64,000 nt of DNA from an uncultured Verrucomicrobiota bacterium (GCA_903876795.1 CAIRBK010000097.1:17012-81011), one strand, 5' to 3'; counted from the stretch's first letter, positions 54,295 through 64,000 are shown. The notes: a model not told the origin generated them from the sequence alone. Numbers and translations are program-made.

Positions 54295-55212
54295 TTACGG
54301 GGCGACCTCGAACCAGAACGGCGCAAACACCTCCCGCCCGGCAAGCATCACCTGGGACCAGATCACGTAGCGGCCCGGCTCGGGAATCGTGATCTTGAAC
54401 GTAAGCTTCGGACGCACCGCGTCGGGCGGAGGCGTGAGCGCGGTCTCGACCGGATGCAGGTGGGCGAAGCCGCTGACGGCCCGATCAAACGCGACCAGAT
54501 GGGCGTACGCATCCATCACCGGCTCCATCGGCACGGGTCCGCCGTCAAGACGGCTGGCGGTAAACACCAGTGTGGCCGCGCGCCCGGCGGTGATCGGGGC
54601 GTCGGGCGCAAGTTGAAACCGGTAGCCATCCACCTCCGCCTCCCAAGAAAGCGGAGTCGGTTTTTCCACGATCTCACCCGCGACCGGAAGGTCGGCGCCG
54701 GCGTACAAACTGCGGCCGGTGGGCACGGGTACAAAGTCGGCGAACACGCGATAGGTGCCGGCCAGACGCGGCGTAAACGAGAACACCCACTCGCCTTCGG
54801 TCGGGCCGGGCTCGGGGTGGAGGTGCTGGTAGTCGTGCAACGTCGGATCGACGACCAGCAGGTGGAGCTTGCGCGTGTGTTGCACGAGCAGATCAACCGG
54901 TCCCACCGGTTTGCCGGTCGAGGTGGCCAATTTGAGCGTGAGTCGCGCTTCGCGGCCGGGGACCGCCGGGACATCCCCGCGCAAGGTCATCGTGACCGGG
55001 GAACGGGCGGTGGTGACGGCGACAAATTGCGGATTCGTCGGGTCGCACAGCTCGACAATGTCCTTGCCCTGGGTGTTGAAATCAACCTGGTGCAAGTTGG
55101 TGCCGGTCGGCAGCGCGCGGAAACCGGCATAGAGCGCCAACGCTCCTGCGGTGATCAACGCAATCTGCCGCCAAGGAAGCGGGGCGGCGGGGGTGGTGTC
55201 GGCGGTGTTCAT
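54295..55212 (-). CDS. Membrane-anchored protein with two repeated His-motif domains (putative metal-binding)
   Basis: N-terminal TM; HTRKLHLLVVD..YQHLHP and DAYAHLVAFD..FAHLHP; TAATG overlap with the SCO gene. Confidence 0.65.
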   Translation of the reverse strand: MNTADTTPAAPLPWRQIALITAGALALYAGFRALPTGTNLHQVDFNTQGKDIVELCDPTNPQFVAVTTARSPVTMTLRGDVPAVPGREARLTLKLATSTGKPVGPVDLLVQHTRKLHLLVVDPTLHDYQHLHPEPGPTEGEWVFSFTPRLAGTYRVFADFVPVPTGRSLYAGADLPVAGEIVEKPTPLSWEAEVDGYRFQLAPDAPITAGRAATLVFTASRLDGGPVPMEPVMDAYAHLVAFDRAVSGFAHLHPVETALTPPPDAVRPKLTFKITIPEPGRYVIWSQVMLAGREVFAPFWFEVAP

Positions 55213-56114
55213 TATTTCTTCATTTTGCGCACAAATTCATCGGGGGACCACTGGCTGCCGTCGGTGCGCCAGACGATCTTGCCCTGGGCGTCGATCAGCA
55301 GCGTGGAGACGGTGTGCTTGAGGATGCTGCCCTCAAACTCGGCGAGCACGCCAAACTGCGCGAGCAGGTCCTTGATTGCGCCCTCGGGGCCGGTGAGGAA
55401 GGAAAAGTTGCCCGTGTCGATGCCGCGCTGTTTCGCGTAGGTGAGCAGCACGCCGGGCGTGTCGTAGTCGGGATCAAGCGTGATGGAGATGAATTCGATG
55501 TTGGTGATGCCGGCCTCCCTGGCCTTGCGCTGGGCCGCTGTCATGTTGGCGGTCGCCAGAGGGCACATGGTCGCCACCTGGCAACGCGTGAAGATGAAAT
55601 TGAGCATGATCTGCTTCCCGCGAAAACGCGCCGCCGAAACCACCTGGCCGGTCTGGTCGTACAGCGCGAAATCAGGCAGGTTTTCCCCCACTTCGCGGTA
55701 GGCGCGACGTCCGCGGATCGCGGTGTCCTGACGCAACGCGCCGCCGGCCGCGCCGATCCTGGCCTCGGCGACGGGATCGACGGGCCAGATTTTTTCGAGA
55801 GCGAACACGCCGTCCTCGCGCTCGACCAACTCGGCGCGGATACGCTGCCCCTCGCGGGCGTTGGCCACGTCGCCGACCGAGACGGAAAACTCCATGGTCA
55901 TCGGGACCATGTATCCGGGAATCTCGTCATGATTAACCAGGAGCGTGAGGCGCTCTGGGTCGGCCTTGATGATCTCACCGGTGAGCGGGTGGCGGACCTC
56001 CTTCGGAGTCGCCCCGGCGGAAGGACCGGCACCGCCGGGTTTGCACCCGGCGAGCATAATGCAAAGGGACACGCCTGTCATTAGAAGGGACGGATGCAAA
56101 CGGGAAAAAACCAT
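55212..56114 (-). CDS. CusF-like copper-binding domain fused to a SCO (Sco1/SenC) domain; probable lipoprotein
   Basis: LAGC lipobox; VNHDEIPGYMVPMTMEF; FIFTRCQVATMCP, SITLDP.YDTP, LKHT; start uncertain (56114 or 56081). Confidence 0.82.
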   Translation of the reverse strand: MVFSRLHPSLLMTGVSLCIMLAGCKPGGAGPSAGATPKEVRHPLTGEIIKADPERLTLLVNHDEIPGYMVPMTMEFSVSVGDVANAREGQRIRAELVEREDGVFALEKIWPVDPVAEARIGAAGGALRQDTAIRGRRAYREVGENLPDFALYDQTGQVVSAARFRGKQIMLNFIFTRCQVATMCPLATANMTAAQRKAREAGITNIEFISITLDPDYDTPGVLLTYAKQRGIDTGNFSFLTGPEGAIKDLLAQFGVLAEFEGSILKHTVSTLLIDAQGKIVWRTDGSQWSPDEFVRKMKK

Positions 56115-56200
56115 ATATCTACCGATTCCCCCAAGGAAAAATTTGTCAAAGGCATTGAGGCAGGTAGTCGTTTCGCTTCGCCGCGCAGAAACGCGGCCTG

Positions 56201-57202
56201 ATGACAATCATCATGAATTCTTCCCGCACCTCCTCCTACAAACCGGCCCTCGCGTGGTTCGCCGCGCTGGGCGCCGCCTGGGTGTTTGGCGTCGTGACGC
56301 TGGGCGCGTTTACCACCAGCATCCACGCCGGCATGGTGTTTCCCGACTGGCCGTTGTCCAACGGCTCGATCAACCCGGACGGCTGGCTTACGGAGATCGA
56401 CAAGTTCGCCGAGCACTCGCACCGCCTGTTCGGCATGATCATGGGTTTCCTGGCCATAGGGTTGGTCATCTGGTTGCACCTGCGCGAGGAACGCCGCTGG
56501 CTGCGCAAGCTCGGCTGGGCCGCCCTCTCCATCGTGGTGATCCAGGGCCTCCTCGGTGGCAAACGGGTGCTGCTGGATTCGATCGCGGTTCCTGGCTTCG
56601 AGATGTCCCTGGGCGAGATGTTGCGCATCCCGCACGGCATCCTGGCCCAGGTCTACGTCTGCATCCTTTTCGCCATTGCCGCCGGGTTGTCGCGTCCGTG
56701 GATAGAGGGCATACCCATCAACGGCGGGGACATCAGTCGCGGCGTGCGACGGCTCGCGGTGGCGTCCACGTTGCTCATTTTTGGTCAACTGGTGATCGCC
56801 GCGCTCATGCGCCACAACAACGCCGGACTGGCGATTCCGACCTTCCCGCTCACCCCCGAAGGCGGCTTGGTGCCCTCGCAGTGGGATTTCCGGGTGGGCA
56901 TCCATTTTGCGCACCGCGCGATGGCCTTGGTGCTGACCGTCGTACTCGTCTGGCTGGCGGTTTGGCTGAGGCGCTCGCCGGCGACGGGGACGGGCCTCAA
57001 ACAATCCGCCAACCTGATCGTGGGGTTGCTCGCGGTGCAGATTCTGCTCGGCGCGGTGTCCGTGTGGACGATTCGTAATCCATACTACACCACCGCGCAT
57101 GTGATCTGCGGGGCCTTCCTCCTGGCGACTGTTTTTACGGTGACTTGGTGGCTGCATCGTCACGTCTTGGTTCGCCGCGAAACCACCCCCTTGGCCGCAT
57201 GA
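56201..57202 (+). CDS. ctaA: Heme A synthase (COX15/CtaA family)
   Basis: G..FPDWP, EHSHR, HG..AQ, HFAHR and terminal H; about 8 TM helices. Confidence 0.85.
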   Translation: MTIIMNSSRTSSYKPALAWFAALGAAWVFGVVTLGAFTTSIHAGMVFPDWPLSNGSINPDGWLTEIDKFAEHSHRLFGMIMGFLAIGLVIWLHLREERRWLRKLGWAALSIVVIQGLLGGKRVLLDSIAVPGFEMSLGEMLRIPHGILAQVYVCILFAIAAGLSRPWIEGIPINGGDISRGVRRLAVASTLLIFGQLVIAALMRHNNAGLAIPTFPLTPEGGLVPSQWDFRVGIHFAHRAMALVLTVVLVWLAVWLRRSPATGTGLKQSANLIVGLLAVQILLGAVSVWTIRNPYYTTAHVICGAFLLATVFTVTWWLHRHVLVRRETTPLAA

Positions 57203-58098
57203 CCGCCGACACCACCGTGGATGCCACCGCGCCCAAGGCGCGCTTTGGCGATTATCTGGAGCTGACCAAGCCGCGGCTGAGCATGCTGTCGGTCATCACC
57301 ACGCTTGTGGGTTACTCGGCGGCTCGCCCGGGCTGGCACCCGAACGAGTTTTGGGCGTTGGTCGCGGGCACCTGCGCGTGCGCCGGCGGCGTCGCCGCTC
57401 TTAACCAATGGATGGAAAGCGACACCGATGCGGTGATGCCCCGCACGGCCGAGCGCCCGATTCCCGCCGGCAAAATCGCCACCGGTTCCGCATTTGTGAT
57501 CGGCGTGGGTCTTTGCGCCGGCGGACTGGGCGTGTTGTTTACGTATATGCACGGCGCGGCGGCGTTTTTCGCCCTGCTCACCATCATCTCCTACCTGGCC
57601 ATCTACACCCCCTCGAAACGCTGGTCGCGCTGGTCCACGGAGATCGGCGCGGTGGCCGGTGCGTTTCCCCCGCTCATCGGCTGGGCGGCGGCGACCGGCG
57701 GAGTCACCGCACTCGGCTGGATCCTGTTCGCAGTCCTGTTTTTTTGGCAAATACCGCACTTCATGGCCATCGCCTGGACTTATCGCAAAGACTACGGCGC
57801 GGTGAACTTCCCCATGCTGCCCGTGCGCGACCATAAAGGCAGTCAAGTCGCCCGCTGGTCATTCATCAACTCACTGGCGTTGGTAGCCGTATGCCTGCTG
57901 CCCCAGCCCCTTGGCCTCGCCAGTCCCTACTATACCACCGTGACCGCCCTGCTCGCGCTGTGGTTTATCTTCCGGGCGGCCGCCTTTATAAGAACGGTCA
58001 ACCGCGACCAAAACGCCCGCAAACTTTTCTTTACCACCATCGGATGGCTGCCCCTGCAACTGGGGGCCTTGGTGGCCGACCGCCTCATTTTTGCCTGA
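57199..58098 (+). CDS. ctaB: Protoheme IX farnesyltransferase (heme O synthase)
   Basis: LTKPR, ALNQ..E.D.D..M.RT..RPIP.G, GAFPPLIGW, WQIPHF. Confidence 0.93.
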   Translation: MTADTTVDATAPKARFGDYLELTKPRLSMLSVITTLVGYSAARPGWHPNEFWALVAGTCACAGGVAALNQWMESDTDAVMPRTAERPIPAGKIATGSAFVIGVGLCAGGLGVLFTYMHGAAAFFALLTIISYLAIYTPSKRWSRWSTEIGAVAGAFPPLIGWAAATGGVTALGWILFAVLFFWQIPHFMAIAWTYRKDYGAVNFPMLPVRDHKGSQVARWSFINSLALVAVCLLPQPLGLASPYYTTVTALLALWFIFRAAAFIRTVNRDQNARKLFFTTIGWLPLQLGALVADRLIFA

Positions 58099-58128
58099 AA
58101 CCCGCGACCTGCCGATCGACAACCAACC

Positions 58129-58584
58129 GTGAGCATCAACGACATTCCCGCCTTCAACGCCGGCCTCAACGGTCTGGCCACCCTGCTGATCACGGCCGGG
58201 TTCATTTTTATCAAACTCGGCCGCAAAGAAGCGCACCGGGCCTGCATGTTCTCCGCAGGTGTCGTCTCGGCGGTATTCCTGGTCGGCTACCTGACCCACA
58301 AGGCCCTCAAGGGGGCGACGACGGGGGCCGGCGAGGCCGTCCACACCCAGTTCGGCGGTGAAGGCGCGATTCGCACCGTGTATTATGCGATGCTGATCTC
58401 CCACATCCTGCTCGCGATCGCCATCGCCTACCTGGTCCCAAAAACCTTCGCCCTGGCGTTCAAGGGCGACTTCGAACGTCATAAAAAATGGGCGAAGGTT
58501 GTCTTCCCCATCTGGTATTACGTCAGCATCACGGGCGTGCTGGTTTACTTCTTCCTCTATCAATGGTGGCCGGCTACCCGGTGA
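58129..58584 (+). CDS. DUF420 family membrane protein
   Basis: P..NA.LN, HRACM, FL..YL, SH..LA, HKK.A....PIW.YVSITG..VY. Confidence 0.85.
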   Translation: MSINDIPAFNAGLNGLATLLITAGFIFIKLGRKEAHRACMFSAGVVSAVFLVGYLTHKALKGATTGAGEAVHTQFGGEGAIRTVYYAMLISHILLAIAIAYLVPKTFALAFKGDFERHKKWAKVVFPIWYYVSITGVLVYFFLYQWWPATR

Positions 58585-58744
58585 AATTTTGCTTCACGTG
58601 AACTACTTGGAAGCCGTCGGTTTCTTATGTCGTCCAGCATCGACGTTTATGGCTTGAAATGCCCCACCGCTTCCCGACCCTCCTACGGTTTACTCACTTT
58701 TCGGTATCACGCCTGACCCGCCAGCTTCTTCGCCTTTTGGACCA

Positions 58745-60043
58745 ATGACCTTAACGTCTCTTTACCACCTGATTAAACGCCGCGCCCTTCCCTGCGCGGC
58801 CGTCGCTGCCATGCCGTTGTTTTTCGGCGGCTGGTTCAAGTGGCTCACCGGCCCCCAATCCACGTTCGATACCCACGGCCCCGTGGCCAAGTCGCAGCTG
58901 GAGGTGTTTTATGTCACGCTCTGGGTGACGGGCATAACTTTTGTAATCGTTGCGAGCATAATGGCTTATGCCATGTTCAAGTTTCGTGCGCGCAAGACCG
59001 ACGACCCCAAGGCCGTCATGCCGCACCAAGGTCACGGCAACCCCCTGATCGAGCTCAGCCTCATCGCCCTTTCCGTGCTGGCGCTGGTGTTCATCGCCGT
59101 CCCCACCATGAAGGCCATCTGGTATACCTACGATGTCCCCGCAGACCAGAAGGCTACTGCCTACGAGGTCACCGCCACCGGTCTCCAGTGGTGGTTCAAA
59201 TTCGAATACCCGAAAGAGCAAATCGACGGCGCCGGAAACCTCATCACCGCCAACGAGCTGGTCATACCTGCCGGCCGCCCCGTTCGCGTCAACTTGCGCA
59301 CCACCGATGTCATCCATTCGTTCTGGGTTCCGAAGCTGGCCGGCAAGGTGGATATGATCCCCAATCGCGGCAACCACCTCTGGCTGCAAGCCGACAAACC
59401 CGGCTACTTCTGGGGTCAATGTGCCGAGTTCTGCGGCGAATCCCACGCCGTCATGCGTTTCCGAGTGATCGCCCTCGACGAACCCGAATTCGCCGCTTGG
59501 GTCGCCCACCAGAAAACCACCGCCCGGACCGTCCCAGCCGATGCGCCACCGGCCGGAGAACCGGCCGCACCTTACGTATTCAACAATCCCGGCCGCAACG
59601 CCCCCGGCTACTCCGCCGCTTTCGACGCCGATCCGATGGGTGCCTGGAAAAAGCAGCAGCAGATCGAGGCCGGCGAGGATCCCAAGCTCATCGCCGAAGG
59701 CCGCAAGATATTCCAACAAAAGAACTGCGTGACCTGCCACGCCGTGCGCGGACATGAGGGCATGGGCGTGACCGCCCCCGATCTCACCCACATCGGCTCC
59801 CGCACCACGATCGCCGCCGGCCTCCTTGAAAACACCAAGGAAAACCTCCACCGCTGGATCGCCCACCCCAACGAGGTCAAACCCGGCAACAAGATGTATG
59901 TCGGCGTCCCCACCGGCGGTGGCAATGTCATGATGGGTTACATGGAAATCGACCGCACTTCCGGCAAGGCCGTTAACACGCACATCGCCATCTCCGACAC
60001 CGATGCCCGTGCCCTCGTCGCCTACATGCACAGCCTCAAATAA
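58745..60043 (+). CDS. ctaC: Cytochrome c oxidase subunit II with a fused cytochrome c (caa3 type)
   Basis: DVIHSFW, CAEFCGESHAVM CuA motif, C-terminal CVTCH heme c site. Confidence 0.95.
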   Translation: MTLTSLYHLIKRRALPCAAVAAMPLFFGGWFKWLTGPQSTFDTHGPVAKSQLEVFYVTLWVTGITFVIVASIMAYAMFKFRARKTDDPKAVMPHQGHGNPLIELSLIALSVLALVFIAVPTMKAIWYTYDVPADQKATAYEVTATGLQWWFKFEYPKEQIDGAGNLITANELVIPAGRPVRVNLRTTDVIHSFWVPKLAGKVDMIPNRGNHLWLQADKPGYFWGQCAEFCGESHAVMRFRVIALDEPEFAAWVAHQKTTARTVPADAPPAGEPAAPYVFNNPGRNAPGYSAAFDADPMGAWKKQQQIEAGEDPKLIAEGRKIFQQKNCVTCHAVRGHEGMGVTAPDLTHIGSRTTIAAGLLENTKENLHRWIAHPNEVKPGNKMYVGVPTGGGNVMMGYMEIDRTSGKAVNTHIAISDTDARALVAYMHSLK

Positions 60044-60068
60044 AGCCTCTCTTTTAAAGCCCGCCACT

Positions 60069-62012
60069 ATGTCCGCTCACGCCAAAACCGATTTCGTCGG
60101 CCACGATGCGCCCGCCTCTCCCGCGGAACAGCGCTCCTGGCTTCTCACCCGCCCGACCGCCAAAACCGGCATCGTCAGCTGGCTCACCACCGTCGATCAC
60201 AAGAAGATCGGCCTGATGTATGGCATCTCCGCCTTGTTCTTCTTCCTCGTGGGCGGATTCGAGGCGCTGCTCATCCGCATCCAGCTTGCCGTGCCAAACA
60301 ACACGTTCATCTCGCACCAGCTCTACAACGAGTTGTTCACGATGCACGCGACCACGATGATCTTCCTGGCGGTCATGCCACTCTCGGCGGCTTTCTTCAA
60401 TTACATGATGCCGCTCCAGATCGGTGCCCGCGACGTTGCCTTCCCTCGACTCAACGGCTTCGCCTTCTGGGTATTCCTGGCCGGTGCCATCGTCCTCAAC
60501 CTCGGTTGGTTCGTTCGCTCCGGAGCCCCCGACGCCGGCTGGTTCGGCTACGCCCCGCTCACCTCCACGGCCTACTCCAACCAGTTCGCCGGTGACATGT
60601 CCACCGACCTCTGGATCATGGGCCTTCAAATCCTTGGCGTCTCCTCGGTGGTTGGCTCCCTCAACTTCATCGTCACCATCATCAACATGCGCGCTCCCGG
60701 CATGACCATGATGCGCCTGCCGGTCTTCACATGGATGACCTTGATCACCGCCTTCCTAATCATCCTCTCTTTCCCCGCCATCACCATCGCACTGGTCGAG
60801 TTGATGATGGACCGTTCTTTCGGCACCACCTTCTTCGAGGTCTCCAACGGCGGCCTGCCCATCCTCTGGCAACACCTTTTCTGGATCTTCGGGCACCCCG
60901 AAGTTTACATCCTCATTCTTCCAGCGATGGGCATCGTCTCGGAAATCCTGCCCACCTTCTCGCGCAAGCCACTCTTCGGTTATCCGATCATCGTGTTCTC
61001 GGGCGCCACCATCGGCTTCCTTGGCTTCGGCGTATGGTCGCACCACATGTTCACCACCGGCATGGGCACCGTCGCCACGGCCGCCTTCTCGCTCCTGACC
61101 ATGGCCATCGCCGTGCCCACGGGCGTAAAGATGTTCAATTGGATCGGCACACTTTGGGGCGGCCACCTCCAGATGCGCACGCCCATGATGTTTGCCCTGG
61201 GCTTCATGTGGATGTTCATGATGGGCGGTTTCTCCGGCGTGATGCACTCCGCCGCCCCCGCCGACGCCCAGCAGCAGGACAGTTATTTCGTCGTGGCCCA
61301 CTTCCACTATGTGTTGATCGGCGGCTCGGTCTTCGCCCTGCTCGCCGGCATACACTACTGGTTCCCGCTCGTCTTCGGCCGCAAGGTCTCCGAGTTCTGG
61401 GGCAAGCTCTCCTTCTGGGTGATCTTCGCCGGCTTCAACATCACGTTCTTCCCGATGCACTTCCTCGGCCTGAACGGCATGCCGCGCCGCACCGCCGTTT
61501 ACGACGGCAACATGGGCTGGAACGACGCCAACCTCATCGCCACCATCGGCGCCATGATTCTCGCGGTCGGTGTCGGCATTTACTTCACCGTGATGGTCTA
61601 CTCCTATTTCAAGGGCGACAAAACCCGCCATGACGAATGGGATGCCCGCACACTCGAATGGACCGTACCGTCCACTCCCCCGCCCGAGCATAACTTCGAC
61701 GTCATCCCGACCGTCCATGCCCGCGACGCGTTCTGGTATGAAAAGACCCACAAAGAGGAGATCGCCAAGGAAAAGGCCGAGCACGCCAAGGCCGAGGAAG
61801 ACCACGGCGGCATTCACATGCCCAGCCAGTCCTGGTTCCCGCTGGTCGCAGCCGTAGGCCTGTTGATCGGCGCATTGTTCTTCGTGAACCACCTCATGAT
61901 CGGCGCCATCTTCGGAGGAGTAATCATGTTCCTCGGCGTCTACCTCTGGGCCGCCGAAGGTCCGGGCGGTTACCACATCCACCTCGACCACAAGAATCAC
62001 GACAAACACTAA
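60069..62012 (+). CDS. ctaD: Cytochrome c oxidase subunit I (type A1)
   Basis: TMHAT, WIFGHPEVY, WSHHM, VAHFHY; C-terminal extension with two extra TM helices. Confidence 0.96.
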   Translation: MSAHAKTDFVGHDAPASPAEQRSWLLTRPTAKTGIVSWLTTVDHKKIGLMYGISALFFFLVGGFEALLIRIQLAVPNNTFISHQLYNELFTMHATTMIFLAVMPLSAAFFNYMMPLQIGARDVAFPRLNGFAFWVFLAGAIVLNLGWFVRSGAPDAGWFGYAPLTSTAYSNQFAGDMSTDLWIMGLQILGVSSVVGSLNFIVTIINMRAPGMTMMRLPVFTWMTLITAFLIILSFPAITIALVELMMDRSFGTTFFEVSNGGLPILWQHLFWIFGHPEVYILILPAMGIVSEILPTFSRKPLFGYPIIVFSGATIGFLGFGVWSHHMFTTGMGTVATAAFSLLTMAIAVPTGVKMFNWIGTLWGGHLQMRTPMMFALGFMWMFMMGGFSGVMHSAAPADAQQQDSYFVVAHFHYVLIGGSVFALLAGIHYWFPLVFGRKVSEFWGKLSFWVIFAGFNITFFPMHFLGLNGMPRRTAVYDGNMGWNDANLIATIGAMILAVGVGIYFTVMVYSYFKGDKTRHDEWDARTLEWTVPSTPPPEHNFDVIPTVHARDAFWYEKTHKEEIAKEKAEHAKAEEDHGGIHMPSQSWFPLVAAVGLLIGALFFVNHLMIGAIFGGVIMFLGVYLWAAEGPGGYHIHLDHKNHDKH

Positions 62013-62102
62013 GTCCGAAAAGGCGGGATCCCGTTTACGGCCGATTCCGACCCTCGCCCGTAAATCGGCTCACGTCTTCCAATCTTCTTTCCACTCTCAG
62101 CC

Positions 62103-62951
62103 ATGAGCACTCACGCGGCCGCCGGGGCCATCGATCACCACCACGACCACACCACGACGACGGGCATTCCCAACAAGAAGCTCTTCATGTGGGCGTTCCT
62201 TGCGTCCGACTGCATGTTCTTCGGCGCGCTCATCTCGACGCACCTGATCTATCGCCTCCATCCGACGCCCAACCAGCCCAACGTCCTCGGCATGTTCTCG
62301 TTGGAGCTCACTTCGTTTTCGACGTTTATCCTGCTCATGTCGTCGCTGCTCATGGCACTGGCCGTCAATTCCTGCCAAAAGGGCCATGTCGGTGCGACCC
62401 GCAAGATGCTCCTCGGCACGATCATCTTCGGTCTCATCTTCCTGGCGTGCCAGGTGTATGAGTTCAGCCACTTCGTCCACGATAAGGGTCTGACCCTGAA
62501 CAGCAGTATGTTCGGCTCGACCTTCTACACGCTCACGGGCACCCACGGCTGCCACGTCGCCATCGGCGTGCTTTGGCTCGTGCTCATGTATATTCGCACC
62601 TTCAAACCCGCCGACGGCAGCCCGTGGATTCTCAAGTCCATCGTCCACCTCCTTGTCTTCGCGGTCGTGACCGTTGCCTCGATCAAGGCGCTCCTCGGCG
62701 GTGTTCACGCCATCCAGGAATTCGGCGCCACCGCACAGGCCTTCTCGGCATTTATCCAGCACGAGCTCCTCGCCCTCGTTGCCACCGCCGTCGGTCTGGC
62801 CGGTCTTGTCTTCCTGGGCCGCGACACCAAGGCGGTCGAATTCGGCGAGGCCAACGCCGTAGATGTCGAATCGATGGGCCTCTACTGGCACTTCGTGGAC
62901 ATCGTTTGGATCGTGATCTTCACGGCCGTCTACCTGCTCGAATACCTCTGA
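62103..62951 (+). CDS. ctaE: Cytochrome c oxidase subunit III
   Basis: W.FLASDCMFFG, FYTLTGTHG.HV, GLYWHFVD.VW; carries an internal hydrophobic insertion. Confidence 0.9.
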   Translation: MSTHAAAGAIDHHHDHTTTTGIPNKKLFMWAFLASDCMFFGALISTHLIYRLHPTPNQPNVLGMFSLELTSFSTFILLMSSLLMALAVNSCQKGHVGATRKMLLGTIIFGLIFLACQVYEFSHFVHDKGLTLNSSMFGSTFYTLTGTHGCHVAIGVLWLVLMYIRTFKPADGSPWILKSIVHLLVFAVVTVASIKALLGGVHAIQEFGATAQAFSAFIQHELLALVATAVGLAGLVFLGRDTKAVEFGEANAVDVESMGLYWHFVDIVWIVIFTAVYLLEYL

Positions 62952-62964
62952 TTTTCCCTCCGCC

Positions 62965-63339
62965 ATGAGCGCCACCACCCATCCCGCCGTTCCCGGCGAC
63001 CACGGCCATCACGAGGCCAGCAAGTTCCATATCTTTGTCCAGCTGGCCATGATCCTCGCGGTCATCACCGGCGTGGAGATCGTGCTGATCTACCTTCCGC
63101 TCGTGAGGTGGTTCATTGTCACGAGTCTCGTGGTCCTCTCGCTGGTGAAGTTCCTCCTCGTGATCTTCATCTTCATGCACCTGAAGTGGGACAAACTCTT
63201 CTGCACCATCCTTTTCTTTATCGGCTTGGTGTTGGCCACCGGCACCGTCGGGGCGCTGATGGCTATTTTCACTGCCAAAGACAGTATTCCTCTCAAAGCG
63301 CAGGAAATCTACGCCGAGCGCGCGGCCGAGGCCAAGTGA
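62965..63339 (+). CDS. Cytochrome c oxidase subunit IV family protein
   Basis: LA.IT.VE, K..LV..IFMHLKWD. Confidence 0.85.
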   Translation: MSATTHPAVPGDHGHHEASKFHIFVQLAMILAVITGVEIVLIYLPLVRWFIVTSLVVLSLVKFLLVIFIFMHLKWDKLFCTILFFIGLVLATGTVGALMAIFTAKDSIPLKAQEIYAERAAEAK

Positions 63340-63353
63340 CCGTGGCTCACCCG

Positions 63354-63384
63354 AGGCGGCTCGAGTCACCGAGCCGCCTTTTTT
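63354..63384 (+). terminator. Rho-independent terminator after the oxidase structural genes
   Basis: AGGCGGCTCG-N6-CGAGCCGCCT followed by a T tract. Confidence 0.82.
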
Positions 63385-63406
63385 GCGCCCACCCAAGCCC
63401 CTTGCG

Positions 63407-64000
63407 ATGATCGACTGGACCCATTGGCATAACGAACCGCATCTCGTAGGCGGGCTGATCCTGCTGGGCTGGTTGTACGCGCTTCTGACCGGTCCGTTTC
63501 GCCCAAGGCTCGCCCCGGGCGAGCCCTTCCCTCGCGCCCACGCGATCAAGTTCTACGCCGGCCTCATCGTTTTCTATCTGGCCGTGGGGTCGCCCTTTGA
63601 TCAGATCGGTGAGCGTTACCTGCTCAGCGCCCACATGATTCAGCACCAGCTCATCATGTATGTCTCGGCTGTGCTTTTCCTGCTCGGCTTGCCCAGCTGG
63701 CTGGTTTCCAGGATTACCGCACGCCCCGGGCTGCGCTCCCTTCTCGGTTTCCTCACCAACCCCATCATCTGCGGCCTGGTCTACACCTTGATTTATTCCA
63801 TATGGCACGTTCCCTCTCTCTATGACTGGGCGTTGCAAAACCGTTGGGTTCATATCACCGAACACGTCACATTCTTCGGCGCTTCACTCTTTTACTGGTG
63901 GCCCATCATCAGCCCCTCGGCTCAATTTCCCCGCCTGGCCTACGGTGCCCAGATGCTTTACCTGGTCGCCGTGGTCATCGGCATGACTCCCGTGTTCGCC
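63407..64000 (+). CDS. ctaG: CtaG-type caa3 oxidase assembly factor (runs off the window end)
   Basis: Read by hand (absent from the ORF track): MIDWTHWHNEP..AVGSPFD..GERYLLSAHMIQH..WHVP.LY..HITEH. Confidence 0.85.
   Translation, partial: MIDWTHWHNEPHLVGGLILLGWLYALLTGPFRPRLAPGEPFPRAHAIKFYAGLIVFYLAVGSPFDQIGERYLLSAHMIQHQLIMYVSAVLFLLGLPSWLVSRITARPGLRSLLGFLTNPIICGLVYTLIYSIWHVPSLYDWALQNRWVHITEHVTFFGASLFYWWPIISPSAQFPRLAYGAQMLYLVAVVIGMTPVFA

Noticed and set aside
58581-58597. GTGAA-N7-TTCAC palindrome upstream of ctaC as a CRP/FNR/Rex site
   Set aside because: The spacing does not fit these consensus sites, it overlaps the DUF420 stop codon, and 5-bp arms are expected by chance

Overview
GC-rich bacterial chromosomal window, most consistent with an Opitutaceae (Verrucomicrobiota) genome. 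This is inferred from gene content (double-length UvrA, ccsA-like/short hemA pair, caa3 oxidase cluster); no database search was run. It is mostly housekeeping DNA: cysK, hemA, prlC, prc, prfA/prmC, sppA, trpA, proS, clpS, lpdA, uvrA, a caa3-type cytochrome c oxidase operon with its assembly genes, tRNA-His and a probable 6S RNA. I found no prophage, IS, CRISPR or recognisable defence island. The most interesting signals are: (1) a tightly coupled nine-gene ECF-sigma-led operon (21242-27771) joining DoxX/YHS/DinB/NRDE genes to a DedA-ATP-grasp fusion and an OlsB/OlsA-like acyltransferase pair, possibly a new aminolipid or envelope-stress pathway; (2) many short palindromic or heptamer repeat elements sitting in frame inside coding sequences (several in uvrA, one in a methyltransferase); (3) an unassigned, highly structured 375-nt region upstream of proS; (4) a hybrid pseudo-histidine kinase; (5) a creatininase-family fusion of a degenerate and an intact domain; (6) a CusF-like/SCO protein coupled to a duplicated His-rich protein beside the oxidase genes. 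Many starts were moved by eye to a more plausible downstream ATG, and all family assignments come from motifs read in the translations.
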